Below, piece by piece: positions 21,777 through 33,943 of a stretch of 64,000 nt of DNA (position 1 is the stretch's first letter; every line of letters starts with the position of its first letter). Below the pieces are notes generated by a model. The model ran no database searches. It worked only from the letters and a program-made list of their open reading frames with translations, and was not told the DNA's origin. The position numbers and the translations under genes were made by a program. Where the stretch lies: IMG/VR virus record IMGVR_UViG_2617270876_000003, positions 32,001 to 96,000 of that record. One strand, 5' to 3'. Source of the DNA: a virus. Its lineage: Duplodnaviria > Caudoviricetes.

Positions 21777-22983
21777 TTCTTAATGAAAGGAAAATTTCAT
21801 AAGTTTTTAATTCAAACATGGTTATGATTCATAAATATTAAATATATTCGTAATGACCATGAGAAACCACATCTGGACACTCACCATTTTTCTCAACAAT
21901 TACTTGGACACCAATATCTCTGTATTTATGAGCGTCTTTAATATAGTACTCTTCATTAACATTGTACCAATTCCAAGATTCACTTTTTGTAATAATAATT
22001 TTCTTCACTTTTAATTTCCTCCCTTAATAATACTAAATTTTTTCTACTTTATACGATAGCCATCTTTCCATCTCTTGGTTGTATGCTTGTTCAACATCGT
22101 CTTCATCCAATTCCTCGTCTAGGTTTTTAAGTTCTTCTATTACTTCTTTGTACGTTCTCAAGCCATATAAGCCAGCGCATTTTTCATACTCTTCTACGGC
22201 ACGTTCATAGGCATAATCCATTGCTTCGTCTTGTGAATCAAAGTCTTCTGTCGAACCATACTTTGCTCCACCAAAACCGCCGCCAAGACCGTAGTATATT
22301 TTGTAATTTACCATTATATGCAACTCCCTAAATATTTTTAATGAAAGAAAATTTTATTTGATCTTAACGAATAACTCCGATAACTCTTCATCTGTAATAA
22401 TATAATCTGCAAAGTCTCGATTTGCTCCAAGCGCATGTTTCCCGTCATTTGTTTTATAACAATAAAAATAAATTGCCTCATTATATTTGTGTTTATATAG
22501 CACACTATCTCATCCTTTCTTCATGAAATGTATGATTTATCAACTTTCCTCCTTCCACTTAGTTTTAAAACCCAAGTACTTAGTCATAGAAATTTTTGCT
22601 CCTCTTAACGATCTAAAGTTGTCGTGATAAGCGATGCTCATTCCTGTTGCAGATAAGTAATTCTTACCAGGATAAAACTGTGTAGAATACAGTTGAGTAT
22701 TAGGATTGTATATTATTGAAGCCGACTCTCCGTCTTTAGGATTAATCAGTTTCCATGTCTTTTTCATCTTCTACCCCATGATTTGATGATAAAGTATTTG
22801 TTTTATTCGAAGTCAAATCCATATCTTTCTAGCAGTTTTGTAACAACATTGATATCAGACTTATTTATCCATTCAATGAATTCCTCTACTGTTTCATAGT
22901 CTTTTTTAGGAACATTGGTATTCCATCCATGTTCTTTTTCCCAAGCAGTACCGTCGGCTAAACTCATAAATCATTCTCCTTCT

Positions 22984-23241
22984 TCAATAAAGTTTTTGTC
23001 CTCTTCCAACCGTCATCTTCCAGGCAAATAGACATGTATACTCCAACTCTTGTGCATCAGTAAAGCAACCATTGCACTGACCCTCCTTGTGGGCAAAGCA
23101 CTTTTCAGCAGCAATTTTTCTCAACAATTTTTTAGAAATGACTCTTGCAGCTTGCTTGGTCAAATACCGATCCTCGGTATGGACAACAATATACTTTGGA
23201 TGTTCGGTTAATTCGTGTGCTTTTCGTTTCATACTGCTCAC
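22984..23241 (-). CDS. Cys-containing small protein (paralog B)
   Basis: Shares KAHEL..PKYI.VHTEDRYL, CFTDAQELE, AWK.T.G.GQKLY with 21513..21776. Confidence 0.75.
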   Translation of the reverse strand: MSSMKRKAHELTEHPKYIVVHTEDRYLTKQAARVISKKLLRKIAAEKCFAHKEGQCNGCFTDAQELEYTCLFAWKMTVGRGQKLY

Positions 23242-23633
23242 TCATCTCTATATGAAATGCCACTTTTATCATGATTTATGTATCAAGAAACCCTTATTCT
23301 ATGCGGTTATTTTGATTATTATTTTCTATTTCATTCTGTTATAGACCTTACGTGCATCTGTATGTAAAATCGTTGGACTAATGATAATATTCTTGCCGAT
23401 CAGGTCTGACCAGTCTGCATCCCAAGTTCTTCGATCATTTAATTCAACAAAATAATTCTCTGTTAATTTCTCCGTTTCAGGCCAAGGCATTCTCCATTTT
23501 AAAATAATTAGATCGCTTGTTTTGGGATGTCTGATAACACCAGTAGTCACAAATTTTAAAATGTTGTAGCTTGGCAATCCCAATTTAATTGCATCAATTT
23601 CTTTATCATCTAATGTAGGCAATACCATCATAA

Positions 23634-23930
23634 TTATCTCTCCTCTTCTTTTATAAATTCAAAGTATTCATTGATATCATCAATTCCCGTTTTATCATCT
23701 GACCAGCCAACCCACTCCTTATCTTCCTCAGACCATTCCTCAACGACTGTAGTATTGGCATAGTCAGGTTTGATTCGATTCTCATAGTGGAACAGGTCAT
23801 AATCTGCAAGCGTGTTATAGAGCAGTCTAGCCTCTTGTAAATTGCCTGCTTCTACTTCAAATGGTTTTGCTCCGATTTGCGGATAGTGTACAATTCGTAG
23901 TTTTTTATTTGACACGGCTTCTCTCCTCAT
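23634..23930 (-). CDS. P22 gp17-like protein
   Basis: LRIVHYPQI..KPF.VE...LADYDLF.YEN.IKPDYAN signature recalled from P22 gp17. Confidence 0.7.
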   Translation of the reverse strand: MRREAVSNKKLRIVHYPQIGAKPFEVEAGNLQEARLLYNTLADYDLFHYENRIKPDYANTTVVEEWSEEDKEWVGWSDDKTGIDDINEYFEFIKEEER

Positions 23931-24973
23931 TAATCATTTTTAATAAGTCATTATGTTCTTTAATCCACTTCAAGCTTTTAGAGGTTGTGTCTTCAGGATA
24001 TTGGGCAAACCACAGTAGATCATCGTAATTGTTTCGATGCAATTTAAATCCACTGCCAAATTCTCCTCCAAGACGATACTGGTTTCCCTGTTTGTCTACT
24101 ACAAACTGTTTGAAACTATATTCGTCATAAGAACATTTGAGTGGTTCTATGTAATTTAATATTTCCTCATATAATTGTTCTCTGTCCATCCTTGTACCCC
24201 ATTTCATGAAATCATATTTTATTCAACTTTGAAAATTCGCCTGGAATAAATCCATCAACCAAACCTTTTGCGTCTTTGAATGTTAGTGGTACAATATTAT
24301 TGATTGAACACAACGTTAAATAATGTTCGTATGCAGCCTCATCAAATTTTGCTGATGGTTGGCTTTCTGCAAATTCGATAATACTATCGAGCGAAGCATT
24401 TTCAACCAACCATTCGCCGTTATGTTCAATATAATATTTTTCTCCCAAACTCCAGTGATTAATTCGGTATCCATTTACTGTTGTAATATAGGTATGAGTC
24501 ATAGTCTAAACTCCTTTTTTCATTTCTTAATGAATTTCACATTTCTTTATGAAAGGTAATATAATCAAAGTCGTGTTCTACATAGAAACCAATGTGTAGC
24601 TCTTCGAGATGCTTTTCGAATCTAGAACTCAGTTCATCGCTACCATTAGAAATAATTAAATATCCCAGGTTAATAAACGATTCAAAACTAAATGACAACC
24701 ATTCATCAACATTCATTTAACCTCGCCTACTTTTACAAGTTCCCATTGTTGATTCATGAAGGTATCAGTGAGGCAAACCCAACCTTCATATCCCAAAGAG
24801 ATATTAATTCTACCTTCTGTATCACAATAAATGAAGTTTCCAGCGCTATCTTTTGTGACCAACCTTCCATCTTTTGATTTCGCAATTATTCTATTATTCA
24901 TCGAACCAATCATTTCAATCGTGTTCATTTGATTATTCTCATCTCCTCATAAAAGATTGTTTTTATCTGGATT

Positions 24974-25537
24974 TTATTTCTTTATTTTTCTCTCATCATT
25001 CTCCAGATAATATTTATGTAAAAATCTCCTTTTCAATGTATCATCTAACTCGCGTTTTATCCAAGGCTTAGCCTCATTTTTAGATCTTTCCCAGTCATAT
25101 TTTAGCAGAGTTCCGACACAATAACGAAACTCTTCCAAAACCTCTTGCTTTCTATTTCCTCTTTCTATCATCCCTAGCAACTCTCTAATTCTATTATCGA
25201 GATTGTTATCCGATGTATATTGGAGAGGATTTAAACTCAAGATCAAATGCGTAATAGTGTATTTTTCAGTTTCTTTTTCATTGTACTCACCAGAATATAT
25301 TTTTGAGGCGCTGATTTTAACGAATTCTCTCCACTTCGCTCTCTCTTCTGTTATATACTTTAGAGATTGATTTTTATCATTTGATACCTTATTGATTAAA
25401 TTGGCAAATAATGCAGTCACAAGAGATACAGGGAAAGCTATTGTCAATAGTTTATTTAGAAGATCTGTTGTTGTTTCTGGACTCATAGGCAATCTCCGAT
25501 CTTTGAAAAAATTGGTTGTGGTATAGATTAGCCCCAT
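24974..25537 (-). CDS. membrane-anchored accessory protein
   Basis: N-terminal TM, YITEERAKWRE and LLKYDWERSK motifs. Confidence 0.6.
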   Translation of the reverse strand: MGLIYTTTNFFKDRRLPMSPETTTDLLNKLLTIAFPVSLVTALFANLINKVSNDKNQSLKYITEERAKWREFVKISASKIYSGEYNEKETEKYTITHLILSLNPLQYTSDNNLDNRIRELLGMIERGNRKQEVLEEFRYCVGTLLKYDWERSKNEAKPWIKRELDDTLKRRFLHKYYLENDERKIKK

Positions 25538-26239
25538 CCATTCTCTTCAAATTTATGAATTGCTGCATCTATACCAGATCCAAATCCCACTCCATAAGCT
25601 ATTCTCAGAATTTCTTTTTCATCTTCTGTAAGTTGTCTATCCATTTTCAAAGTACATACCATTTCAACTTCATCATAATTATGTTCTTTGTTCATTGTTT
25701 ACCATCTCCGTGAATTCCAGTTACATTGAATCTTTCCTCTTCACAGAACTCAATTGCTTCCTCTCTCGTCGAAAATGAATTTACCCAAAACTCTGTTCCT
25801 TCAACTTGTACTGACCATTGAAACACAGCAGCGTCATCGCCATATATGATAAAAACATCAGGTTTTTCCTGATATACTCTATCAAGTGCCAAGTTATCTT
25901 TTTCTTTTCTTGAAATATCTTCTCTGTCATAAACTTCATTTATGTATTGCTTAAGTGACATACACTTTTCCTCCTTTAGCATGTGACTATACAGATAATA
26001 TTTCCACACTATGATTTTGACAAACTTCTTGTAATTTACAAGCCCAAGTAAAGTGAAACTGGTTAACTACTTCCTTTTCTTTTTCACTTAAAACATTACC
26101 CCATACTTCTTCTTCTATATAATCAGGACATTCAAATAAATAGTATGTAACTACTTCACCAAATGGGTTATAGCTTGCTGGCCCAATAATCACTTTATCC
26201 ATTTATTTCTCCTTTCGTTTTTCTCATAAAAGGCTAATT

Positions 26240-26713
26240 TCATTTACTATTGATAATATAATTCTTCGTGACTTTCCCCGTAGATAAAATCACTTTATTA
26301 TTGCCTTGTGAGATGGACTTAGTAAGGTTAACAACAAAATGCCTTTTGATGTATATATGTGAGTAAAAGTTGGCCATATCGTTTTGAGGTTTTTTATTGT
26401 AAATCACTTTATCATTAACTACAATAACCAACGGATCGGAACTATTCACGTACTTGCCATATATGTAAAATTCCCTTGTTTTATCTGAGTACATGCTAGT
26501 ATCTATAGATATATTGTTCTGGTCATCCAATTCAAATTCCTCGTCATATGCCCCTCCTTCTCCTTGCTTGATAATGCCCAATCCAACGCTATAAAAAAAT
26601 GTATTTGGTTCCCCAAATTTCTTTTCAATTTTATATCTGAGATTGTTTGGCACTTGAAAAAAGATCAATACCGTTACCAATGCAATTATGCAAATGAAGA
26701 TCTTCTTTTTCAC
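26240..26713 (-). CDS. secreted or membrane-anchored protein
   Basis: MKKKIFICIIALV signal-like N-terminus; TGA stop inside palindrome 26226-43. Confidence 0.6.
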   Translation of the reverse strand: MKKKIFICIIALVTVLIFFQVPNNLRYKIEKKFGEPNTFFYSVGLGIIKQGEGGAYDEEFELDDQNNISIDTSMYSDKTREFYIYGKYVNSSDPLVIVVNDKVIYNKKPQNDMANFYSHIYIKRHFVVNLTKSISQGNNKVILSTGKVTKNYIINSK

Positions 26714-27412
26714 TTCAGCATTCCTTCTCTCAGTAAAAGAATTGTTTCATTAATATACCAACGATTTTTTATATTTTGAAAACTTCGGTGTATCCCTTTT
26801 CGGAAAACTGCTTATATATATTGAGTTTGTCTCGTTCTGAGTCATAAATGAAGAACGATCTTATTTTATTGAAGCATTTGATAATTTCAGCATTGACCGA
26901 CTTCTGAATAAAGCAATTTGATGAAGGGTCTCTTTCTATGTAGTCGATAAACGTGTTTGATGATTTATCGAATAAGTAATAACCTTCTCCATAATTCCCT
27001 ACAAATAATGCATAAGCATCTTTAAACTCATAAAGATGGCTCGCCATTTCATCCACTCCTTATGAAAGTATTATTTCGTACTGATTTCCCATAACTCGTT
27101 TTCGAGTGTATAGCAGCTCTTTGCCCAATTACAGAAATCCTCAATACCGCATATACCTAAGACATGTCCTCCTCTAGGGTTTTCAATGTATTTAATGACA
27201 TCTTTTGATACGTCAATTGACTGAATCATTCGCACACTTTTATTGTCCGTGTAACGCTCACCTTCTGCTAATTCATATGGCTCCATCATACATCGCTCCT
27301 TATTAATATGTATTCTTCAATACCGTAGCACTTTCCTTGCTATAACTTAATAATACACCAAATTAATAGTATATTCAAGTTATTTATTTTTACTTTATAA
27401 ACTCATTCTGTC

Positions 27413-27799
27413 CTATTCTCTTTTAATTTTCTCTATATCAACGCTCATAAATTCAGCAATTTTAATTTCTAATTCAGCCTTCACTCTAGTCATAAGCATC
27501 GTTATTCTACCTTTATATCCCCGACATAAATAATCGGCCGTTATTTCTTTTTTATTCCTTACTGGTTCAAACACTTTTATACCCCTGTATCTCAGCTCTT
27601 TGCGTATCTCGAATAGTTCCTGACTAATCTTATCCGTCAACGATTCCAATTGTAAGACAAATAGCTCACCAAATCTTAAGTGTGAGTTATTTGTCTTCTG
27701 AATATTATCTTGGAATGCATCTAATAAATACGGATATATAAGATACTTCTTAATAAGCGTTAATTCTTCTTCGTTCGGTATTTGTATTCGACTCTTCAC
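27413..27799 (-). CDS. conserved protein downstream of yolD
   Basis: ATGA overlap with yolD; ELRYRGIKV and YLCRGY motifs. Confidence 0.65.
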   Translation of the reverse strand: MKSRIQIPNEEELTLIKKYLIYPYLLDAFQDNIQKTNNSHLRFGELFVLQLESLTDKISQELFEIRKELRYRGIKVFEPVRNKKEITADYLCRGYKGRITMLMTRVKAELEIKIAEFMSVDIEKIKRE

Positions 27800-28152
27800 A
27801 TATAGTCGCTCCCTGAACCAATCAAATGAGATGATACAATTTCATCAAAGTCAATCCACTCATATCCATTTTCAATTTCGATCCGAAGTTTACTTGATAA
27901 TTCACTAACAGCTACGACCGTTCCACTTATCCGTCTATTTTCATAAATCCCAAATATCTCAATTGAAATTTTTTCTCCTTCATGTAAAGATGTTAGGATA
28001 TTTTGGGCAATAATTTCTTTTTCATCATTATGTAAAATCGGTTTTGTTTTCTCACCCAAATCTAATCGATGTTCATTGACCCTTTCCTTATGTTGAGGCA
28101 GCATCATTCTGCTTGATTCCCATATACCATTTCCTTGAAGTTTCTTAGTCAT
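27796..28152 (-). CDS. yolD: YolD-like protein (UmuD functional analog)
   Basis: GNGIWESSRMMLPQH, KPIL..DE; overlaps the Y-family polymerase stop. Confidence 0.85.
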   Translation of the reverse strand: MTKKLQGNGIWESSRMMLPQHKERVNEHRLDLGEKTKPILHNDEKEIIAQNILTSLHEGEKISIEIFGIYENRRISGTVVAVSELSSKLRIEIENGYEWIDFDEIVSSHLIGSGSDYM

Positions 28153-29396
28153 TTATAATGCCCTCCAATTTTTTCCGCTCTGTCAACGGCCTGACCGGCG
28201 TCCGTTAATGAACTTGCTCTAAGAATGGATACCTCACCAAATCGATCTTTAATATTATCCATCACCTTGTCTATTGCACGTTGACGTTCTTTATTGTCGA
28301 ATAGAGTTAATTGATAAATATCGTCCTTAACTAAATCCGATAACGAAACGCCAACCCTTCTTACAGGCTGTCTGTCCCAATAATCGTAAAACAGTCTTTT
28401 TGCTGTTTCATATACATCCAAGGTTATATTTGTTGGATCAACAACTTTTATTTGTCTGCTAAAGCCTGTTTTGTAATCAAAGTCTGCACCAGATATGCTT
28501 ACAGTAATTACGCTTCCCATTAACCCTTTCTTTCTTGCTCTTCTGCATACTTCAGAGCATAAGTCTAAAAGGACTACTTCAATTTCGCTGCCTGTTCTAT
28601 AATCTCTGGGAAGGGTCATTCCGTTGCCTATATCCTTTTGCATTCTGTGAGTGTCCACGGACACAGGTGAATTATCTATTCCATTAGCTGTACGCCAAAT
28701 AACTTCTCCATTAACTCCCCATTTGTTGCGAAGTGTGCTGAGTGGAGTTTTTGCAAGATCTCCAATTGTTAAAATACCCATCTTCCAAAGATGTTTCTCC
28801 ATTCTGGAACCAATACCCCACATCTCCCTTACAGGATTATGCCATATGTGTTTATCTAACTCCTCTTTTTTCAAGTCGAATATTCCACCAGAAATTTTCT
28901 TTGCAATCATGTCGCAGCAAAGCTTACTGATTATTTTGTTCTCTCCAATTCCTGCCCGAGCATATATTCCTGTTTCACTGAGTATCTTGGTCTGGATATG
29001 TTTAGCTAGATGTATTGGATTATTTGCAAAAAGGTGCATTGATCCTGTAAACTCACAGAACATTTCATCTATACTGTACGGTTCAACTAAATCAGTGAAC
29101 GATTCAATGATTTCAACAATTTGCATCGATACATCGATGTATTCCTGCATATGAGGTCTTATTACAATCAAATCAGGACACTTCTGCAACGCTTCCCATA
29201 ATGCTTCAGCCGTTTTTACACCTTTCTGTTTAGCCAAAGGACATGCAGCCAGAATAATACCTGAACGCCTTGCTGGATCACCTGCTACTACTAGAGGTTT
29301 GTTTTTGTATTCTGGATGCTTTGCTTTCTCTACACTGGCATAAAAACTTTGCATATCAATCAGCATTACTGTTCTTTGTTTTTTCGACATGTACAA
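28149..29396 (-). CDS. uvrX: Y-family DNA polymerase (UvrX/PolY2/DinB-like)
   Basis: DMQSFYASVE, YSIDE, WGIG, DNIKDRFG. Confidence 0.93.
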   Translation of the reverse strand: MYMSKKQRTVMLIDMQSFYASVEKAKHPEYKNKPLVVAGDPARRSGIILAACPLAKQKGVKTAEALWEALQKCPDLIVIRPHMQEYIDVSMQIVEIIESFTDLVEPYSIDEMFCEFTGSMHLFANNPIHLAKHIQTKILSETGIYARAGIGENKIISKLCCDMIAKKISGGIFDLKKEELDKHIWHNPVREMWGIGSRMEKHLWKMGILTIGDLAKTPLSTLRNKWGVNGEVIWRTANGIDNSPVSVDTHRMQKDIGNGMTLPRDYRTGSEIEVVLLDLCSEVCRRARKKGLMGSVITVSISGADFDYKTGFSRQIKVVDPTNITLDVYETAKRLFYDYWDRQPVRRVGVSLSDLVKDDIYQLTLFDNKERQRAIDKVMDNIKDRFGEVSILRASSLTDAGQAVDRAEKIGGHYK

Positions 29397-29409
29397 AAAC
29401 CCCTTGTTA

Positions 29410-29453
29410 AGAACATGTGTTTGTATCAGTATTATACACCGAACACACGTTCT
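29410..29453. promoter_or_regulatory. two LexA (Cheo) boxes over the uvrX promoter
   Basis: aGAACatgtGTTTg 29410-23 and cGAACacacGTTCt 29440-53 flank a minus-strand TATAAT at 29431-36. Confidence 0.85.
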
Positions 29454-30078
29454 TTATGCAAGAGGAATTTTTTAACTTGGATCGAATATGTAATTGTTTG
29501 ATTAGCAATATCTTATATTTTTCTTAAAACGATACTTTTATCTGGTTTTCTGTTTACAATTTAATGTTTTTATGAGTTTTTCATATCATTAATAATGAAT
29601 TTTACGAACATATTCGTTGATTGCATCGTTTAAGCCCTGATGCAACATACAATATTGTTCTACGGTTAAAATTTGTTGAATTTCCTTTTCACTGACATTT
29701 TCGCGCCAACGATAATCGGAGTCATAAGCTGGTGACTTAGAAATTTTCTCAATATGTTCGTCCTGGTACTTTAACATTTCCTCCATAGTGAGGAACGCAG
29801 CTTCAAACTCATGCTTATCTTCTTCGTAAAGATTATAGATAGTGACATAAAGTAAAATGTAATTTTTAGATTCATAGTCTTCTGACATTGCTAAATCTCC
29901 TCCTTTATAAAAGCCCAATTTTATCAACTCTCTGATTGCCTGTTTAATGCTTCAGCAATTAATTCTGCATCATCTTTTTTTAGTCCTTCGGCCAAGTATC
30001 TGCTTTCTGTGGTATCGAAAATCGAATATTCATCTTTTAACAATCTTTTGTCTACCTCATATCGATAATACACGTTCA

Positions 30079-30708
30079 TTAATTATCCTCCTCAATATTA
30101 AAATACTCTTCGACCAATCCTTCAATATCTAACTCCATATCCCACCATATCTTGCCCTCTTTTACTTCTGGATCTTTATGTAGTGTTAATTGATTGTCAT
30201 ATCGATAAACATCTTGACCGTATAATTTTCCATAAGTCATGCCATATCTTGTTCCACCGTCAATGACTCCTTCGTTCTTTACTGTAACAATTTTGGGACA
30301 TAGCCTTGCCAATAATCTATCTCGTTCAATTAAGCGCCTAGAGAACTGACTTAATCCCTTCTCGTTGCTTTCTATGGCCTTACTGGCGAATGGATGTATA
30401 ATGCATCCAAATTGTCTGATTTGTTCTGCTAGGGCTTTGTTTTGCCAAGGATAGATGTCTTGCTCAATAGGTGTATTAACAATAGCTATTGTCTGCCCCC
30501 TTGCTTCAATTGCTCCTTTGTGTGCTGCTGTATCGATATTTTTTGCTAGTCCTGATACAATCTTGTATCCCTGAGAGGCCAAATTGTATGAGAAATTAAA
30601 GGCTGTTTTATATTCTTCGGTTGAAGCATTACGTGAGCCAATTATAGCAACCCATTTTTCTCTATTCTTTAAATCAACATTAATTCCTGAGACTTTTATG
30701 TAGTTCAC
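30079..30708 (-). CDS. DprA/Smf-like Rossmann-fold protein (core domain only)
   Basis: VAIIGSRNAS, IVSGLAKNIDTAAHKGA, ERDRL, GGT. Confidence 0.85.
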   Translation of the reverse strand: MNYIKVSGINVDLKNREKWVAIIGSRNASTEEYKTAFNFSYNLASQGYKIVSGLAKNIDTAAHKGAIEARGQTIAIVNTPIEQDIYPWQNKALAEQIRQFGCIIHPFASKAIESNEKGLSQFSRRLIERDRLLARLCPKIVTVKNEGVIDGGTRYGMTYGKLYGQDVYRYDNQLTLHKDPEVKEGKIWWDMELDIEGLVEEYFNIEEDN

Positions 30709-30866
30709 TTCTTTCTATCTGGTAATTGATTCGCTAATTACATATATCTCTTTATTTTGTTCGTCGTATCCATATACTAAAGTTACATCTTCAAGTTTGT
30801 TGACAACGATCTTTAGAGTCTTTCCATCTAAATCTTCAAAATTAAAGGTATCAATATGGTTAAAAA

Positions 30867-33338
30867 TCAGTCCCACCATCCTTGAGATTTTTCAGAAATA
30901 ATTTCAAAAGCTCGTTTCATATCTTCTGCTTCTTGCTGTTCTGCTCTATCCATTCCTTCGCTCCAGATTTTATAGTTTTCATTGTCTGTATTAAAATTCA
31001 GTTTATCATTATTAAAACTGATAAACTCATCAAATTTAAAATCGACTTTTTTAACACGAGAACCATCTATTATGTTATACAGAAGTTCTTTTGCCTCCAT
31101 TATCTCTTCTGCTACTTCAGGTGCATTAGCCGAATATGTACGTTCACTTCGGAAAAATTTTTCCATGAATGAAAGCTTTTTATGTAAAATCCGATAAAGA
31201 TATGCTTGGTCAAAGTCGCGGTCATTCCATATTACTGGAAGCCATTTAATAAGATTAGAGAGTCCTTCTGTTAAATTATAATATTTACCTTTAATCAATT
31301 TGATTATTTTCATTTATATTATCTCTCCCTGGTTATTCTATTACTTCAATTCTTACCTTCTTGCCGTGAAGTCTGCGACAAATTTCTGATATTTCTAAAT
31401 CATCAATCATATAATCACACTCATAGCCATTATTTCCCCAAACTTTACCTTCATATTTAGTATTTAAATATGGTAAAATTGCTTCCTCTTCTAAACGTTG
31501 ATAAGACGAATATATAAAATCATCAAATTTCCAATACTCTTCTTCAAAGCGCACTGTAATACCATTGGGAAGTAAACCACTAAGATTAACATCTACAAAC
31601 TCTACGATACCACTAATATCATCATCGACCCAAACTTCCGCCTTTCTAGTAATTATTACAAGCCCATATTTTTCTTTTAATTTCGTTAGTGTCTTTTCAA
31701 ATTCAATTTTCACAATTGCGTCTTTATCCAGGCATTCTACTTCGTGATCAGCACAATCAAATGGTGTATCAAATTCTTTATCGCAATTTTCACATTTATA
31801 GACTTCTCTAGGCATTAATAATTTCCCCTCTCATATTTTCTTAAAATGTTCATTTAATCAGCTTTTATCTTTAGCATCCACTTACATGATTCATAGTTAA
31901 GTCCTGCGACGAATGAATCTCGGATTCTTGTCATAATGAGTCTCAAGTCGTCATCCTCTGAAAATAGGTTTCCATCAATTGGACTAAACAACTTATGAGA
32001 AACACTTGCTATCATTTCTTTGAAATCATTGCTTCCGATTATCTTATTAATCTCACTGTTGATTATTTTTGTATCCATAAACACTCCTCATTTCTTCGTA
32101 AAATATGTATTTCTTATAGAATTATTTATTATTCCTGCAAGACAAGTTTGTTATTTTCCCAATGTCCCATTCTAGCCCTGTCGCTTTCGATCTCATTCAA
32201 ACTATTCATAACCTTCAAAGCTTCCTCGTAATTTGAAGTTGCAGAAAACACAATTCCACTTCTCCCCTGGACCACATACACTTCTCCCTTCGTAGATTTT
32301 ACATTCTCTCTATGCTTCTTAACTTCATTCATTAATCTATAAATTAATACATCATCATCATTTGGATTCATGGGAATTCGAATTACTGCTGTTCTATTTA
32401 TAAGTCTGGTTAGTGCTGATCTGGCCATTGATAAATCAACTGGTTCTTTGCATTTCTTATCGAATTCATCTTGATTCATTATTTGGTCTCCTTATAAAAA
32501 TAATGTTCTTCGCCATTTGTGTGAGTCCATCTGTATTTCCAACCTTCTTTGATCAACAATGGAATTACTTCCTCTAGACTCTTACTGGTGCTTCGAATAA
32601 GAGGCTTTGCTTCATTGTTGTAATTGAACCTCCAAGTTCCTATGTCATCTAAATATACTGTGGCTTGTATTTCATTAGGACTATTCTGCTTTTCAATTTC
32701 AGTTGCCACATCCAATATCTCTTTAGAAATCTTCCTCAACTTATCAGCAGTCCAAGTTGTTCCTCCACGACCACCAAAATTCAATCCACTATGCAATATG
32801 TATGGATGATTCGATGAATCCTTATTACCATCATTCTTTTTGATTGTTCCTGATACAAAGTTTCCTTTTACGATAATCTCATTGCTGAACATTAAATCAT
32901 CTCCTTAATCTCTACAGAAATAAGCACATACTTTCCAATGTACTGAGCCAACATGTTCTCAATATTATGTCCGCCAATGATTAAGTTTTCGGTACTAAAG
33001 TAAGAAATCGTCAATTCCGAATATCCAATCCAATCTACCTGAACATCTATTTCTCCCATTGAACTTAAAATGTGATAGTTAATTGCCTCATCGGGTGTAA
33101 ATTCTTTTTCGTTCAAGTAAATTTGAACAAAAGCCAGAGGAGATGAAAAGTGTTTAAATATCCCATCGCCGCCAATAGCTTTTCGGTGATAATCGCCATC
33201 ATAATCTGGAAATTCAATATCTGTTAATTTGTTTGCTATGTATTCCCCTAAATTTATTCCGTTGATGATGATGCCGTGGCCTTCTTCTTTATCAATGATT
33301 CCACTTAATATTATTTTATTAATCATTTGCTCATCCAT
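30867..33338 (-). other. run of six small hypothetical phage genes
   Basis: Co-oriented ORFs 30867-31313, 31333-31815, 31854-32084, 32129-32479, 32479-32892, 32892-33338 with SD sites. Confidence 0.6.
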
Positions 33339-33565
33339 TTCAAAATCTCCCTCGTTCTTTTATTTACTTCATTTTACTCACTTGATTAACCACATGAAAC
33401 ACGCATTTCATTTAGAAATAATAGAATCGAATAATTCATTATACATTATCTTTAGGTGCGTATAACTTTCTTTTTTATTATTATATTTATTATATAAAAC
33501 TATATTCATTATTAAGGATAACACTAATACAAATATCAATATGTACCGAAGATATCTGTTCATAT

Positions 33566-33943
33566 TCAATCCTCCTTCCTATTCTTCAACAATGCTAAGT
33601 CATATCCAGATTCAATAAATTTTAATGTCTTCTTTCTGTTACAATCGTTCCCCAAATATGTATATATCTCGTGCATATCTTCTAAAGTAAAGTCTGTTCC
33701 CAAATATTCATTTATAATTGCTCTAATTCGTTTTTGCCAATACTCACTTACACCCTTACATGCGGGTCTTGATAACCAAGCCAACACTTTCCGTTTAATA
33801 TCGATGTCTGTCTCAACGTCTTCTAGAAGGAAGTAGATATTATTTTTAGGTTCAACGATCAATTCAAAATTTGAATTAATGAAGACATTTGGCGAATGGT
33901 TCTGTACAATTTTCATAAACTTTTGGATTTCAATTAGGTTCAC
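33566..33943 (-). CDS. conserved phage protein
   Basis: KVLAWLSR, LGTDF..EDM..IYTYLGN..N motifs. Confidence 0.65.
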   Translation of the reverse strand: MNLIEIQKFMKIVQNHSPNVFINSNFELIVEPKNNIYFLLEDVETDIDIKRKVLAWLSRPACKGVSEYWQKRIRAIINEYLGTDFTLEDMHEIYTYLGNDCNRKKTLKFIESGYDLALLKNRKED

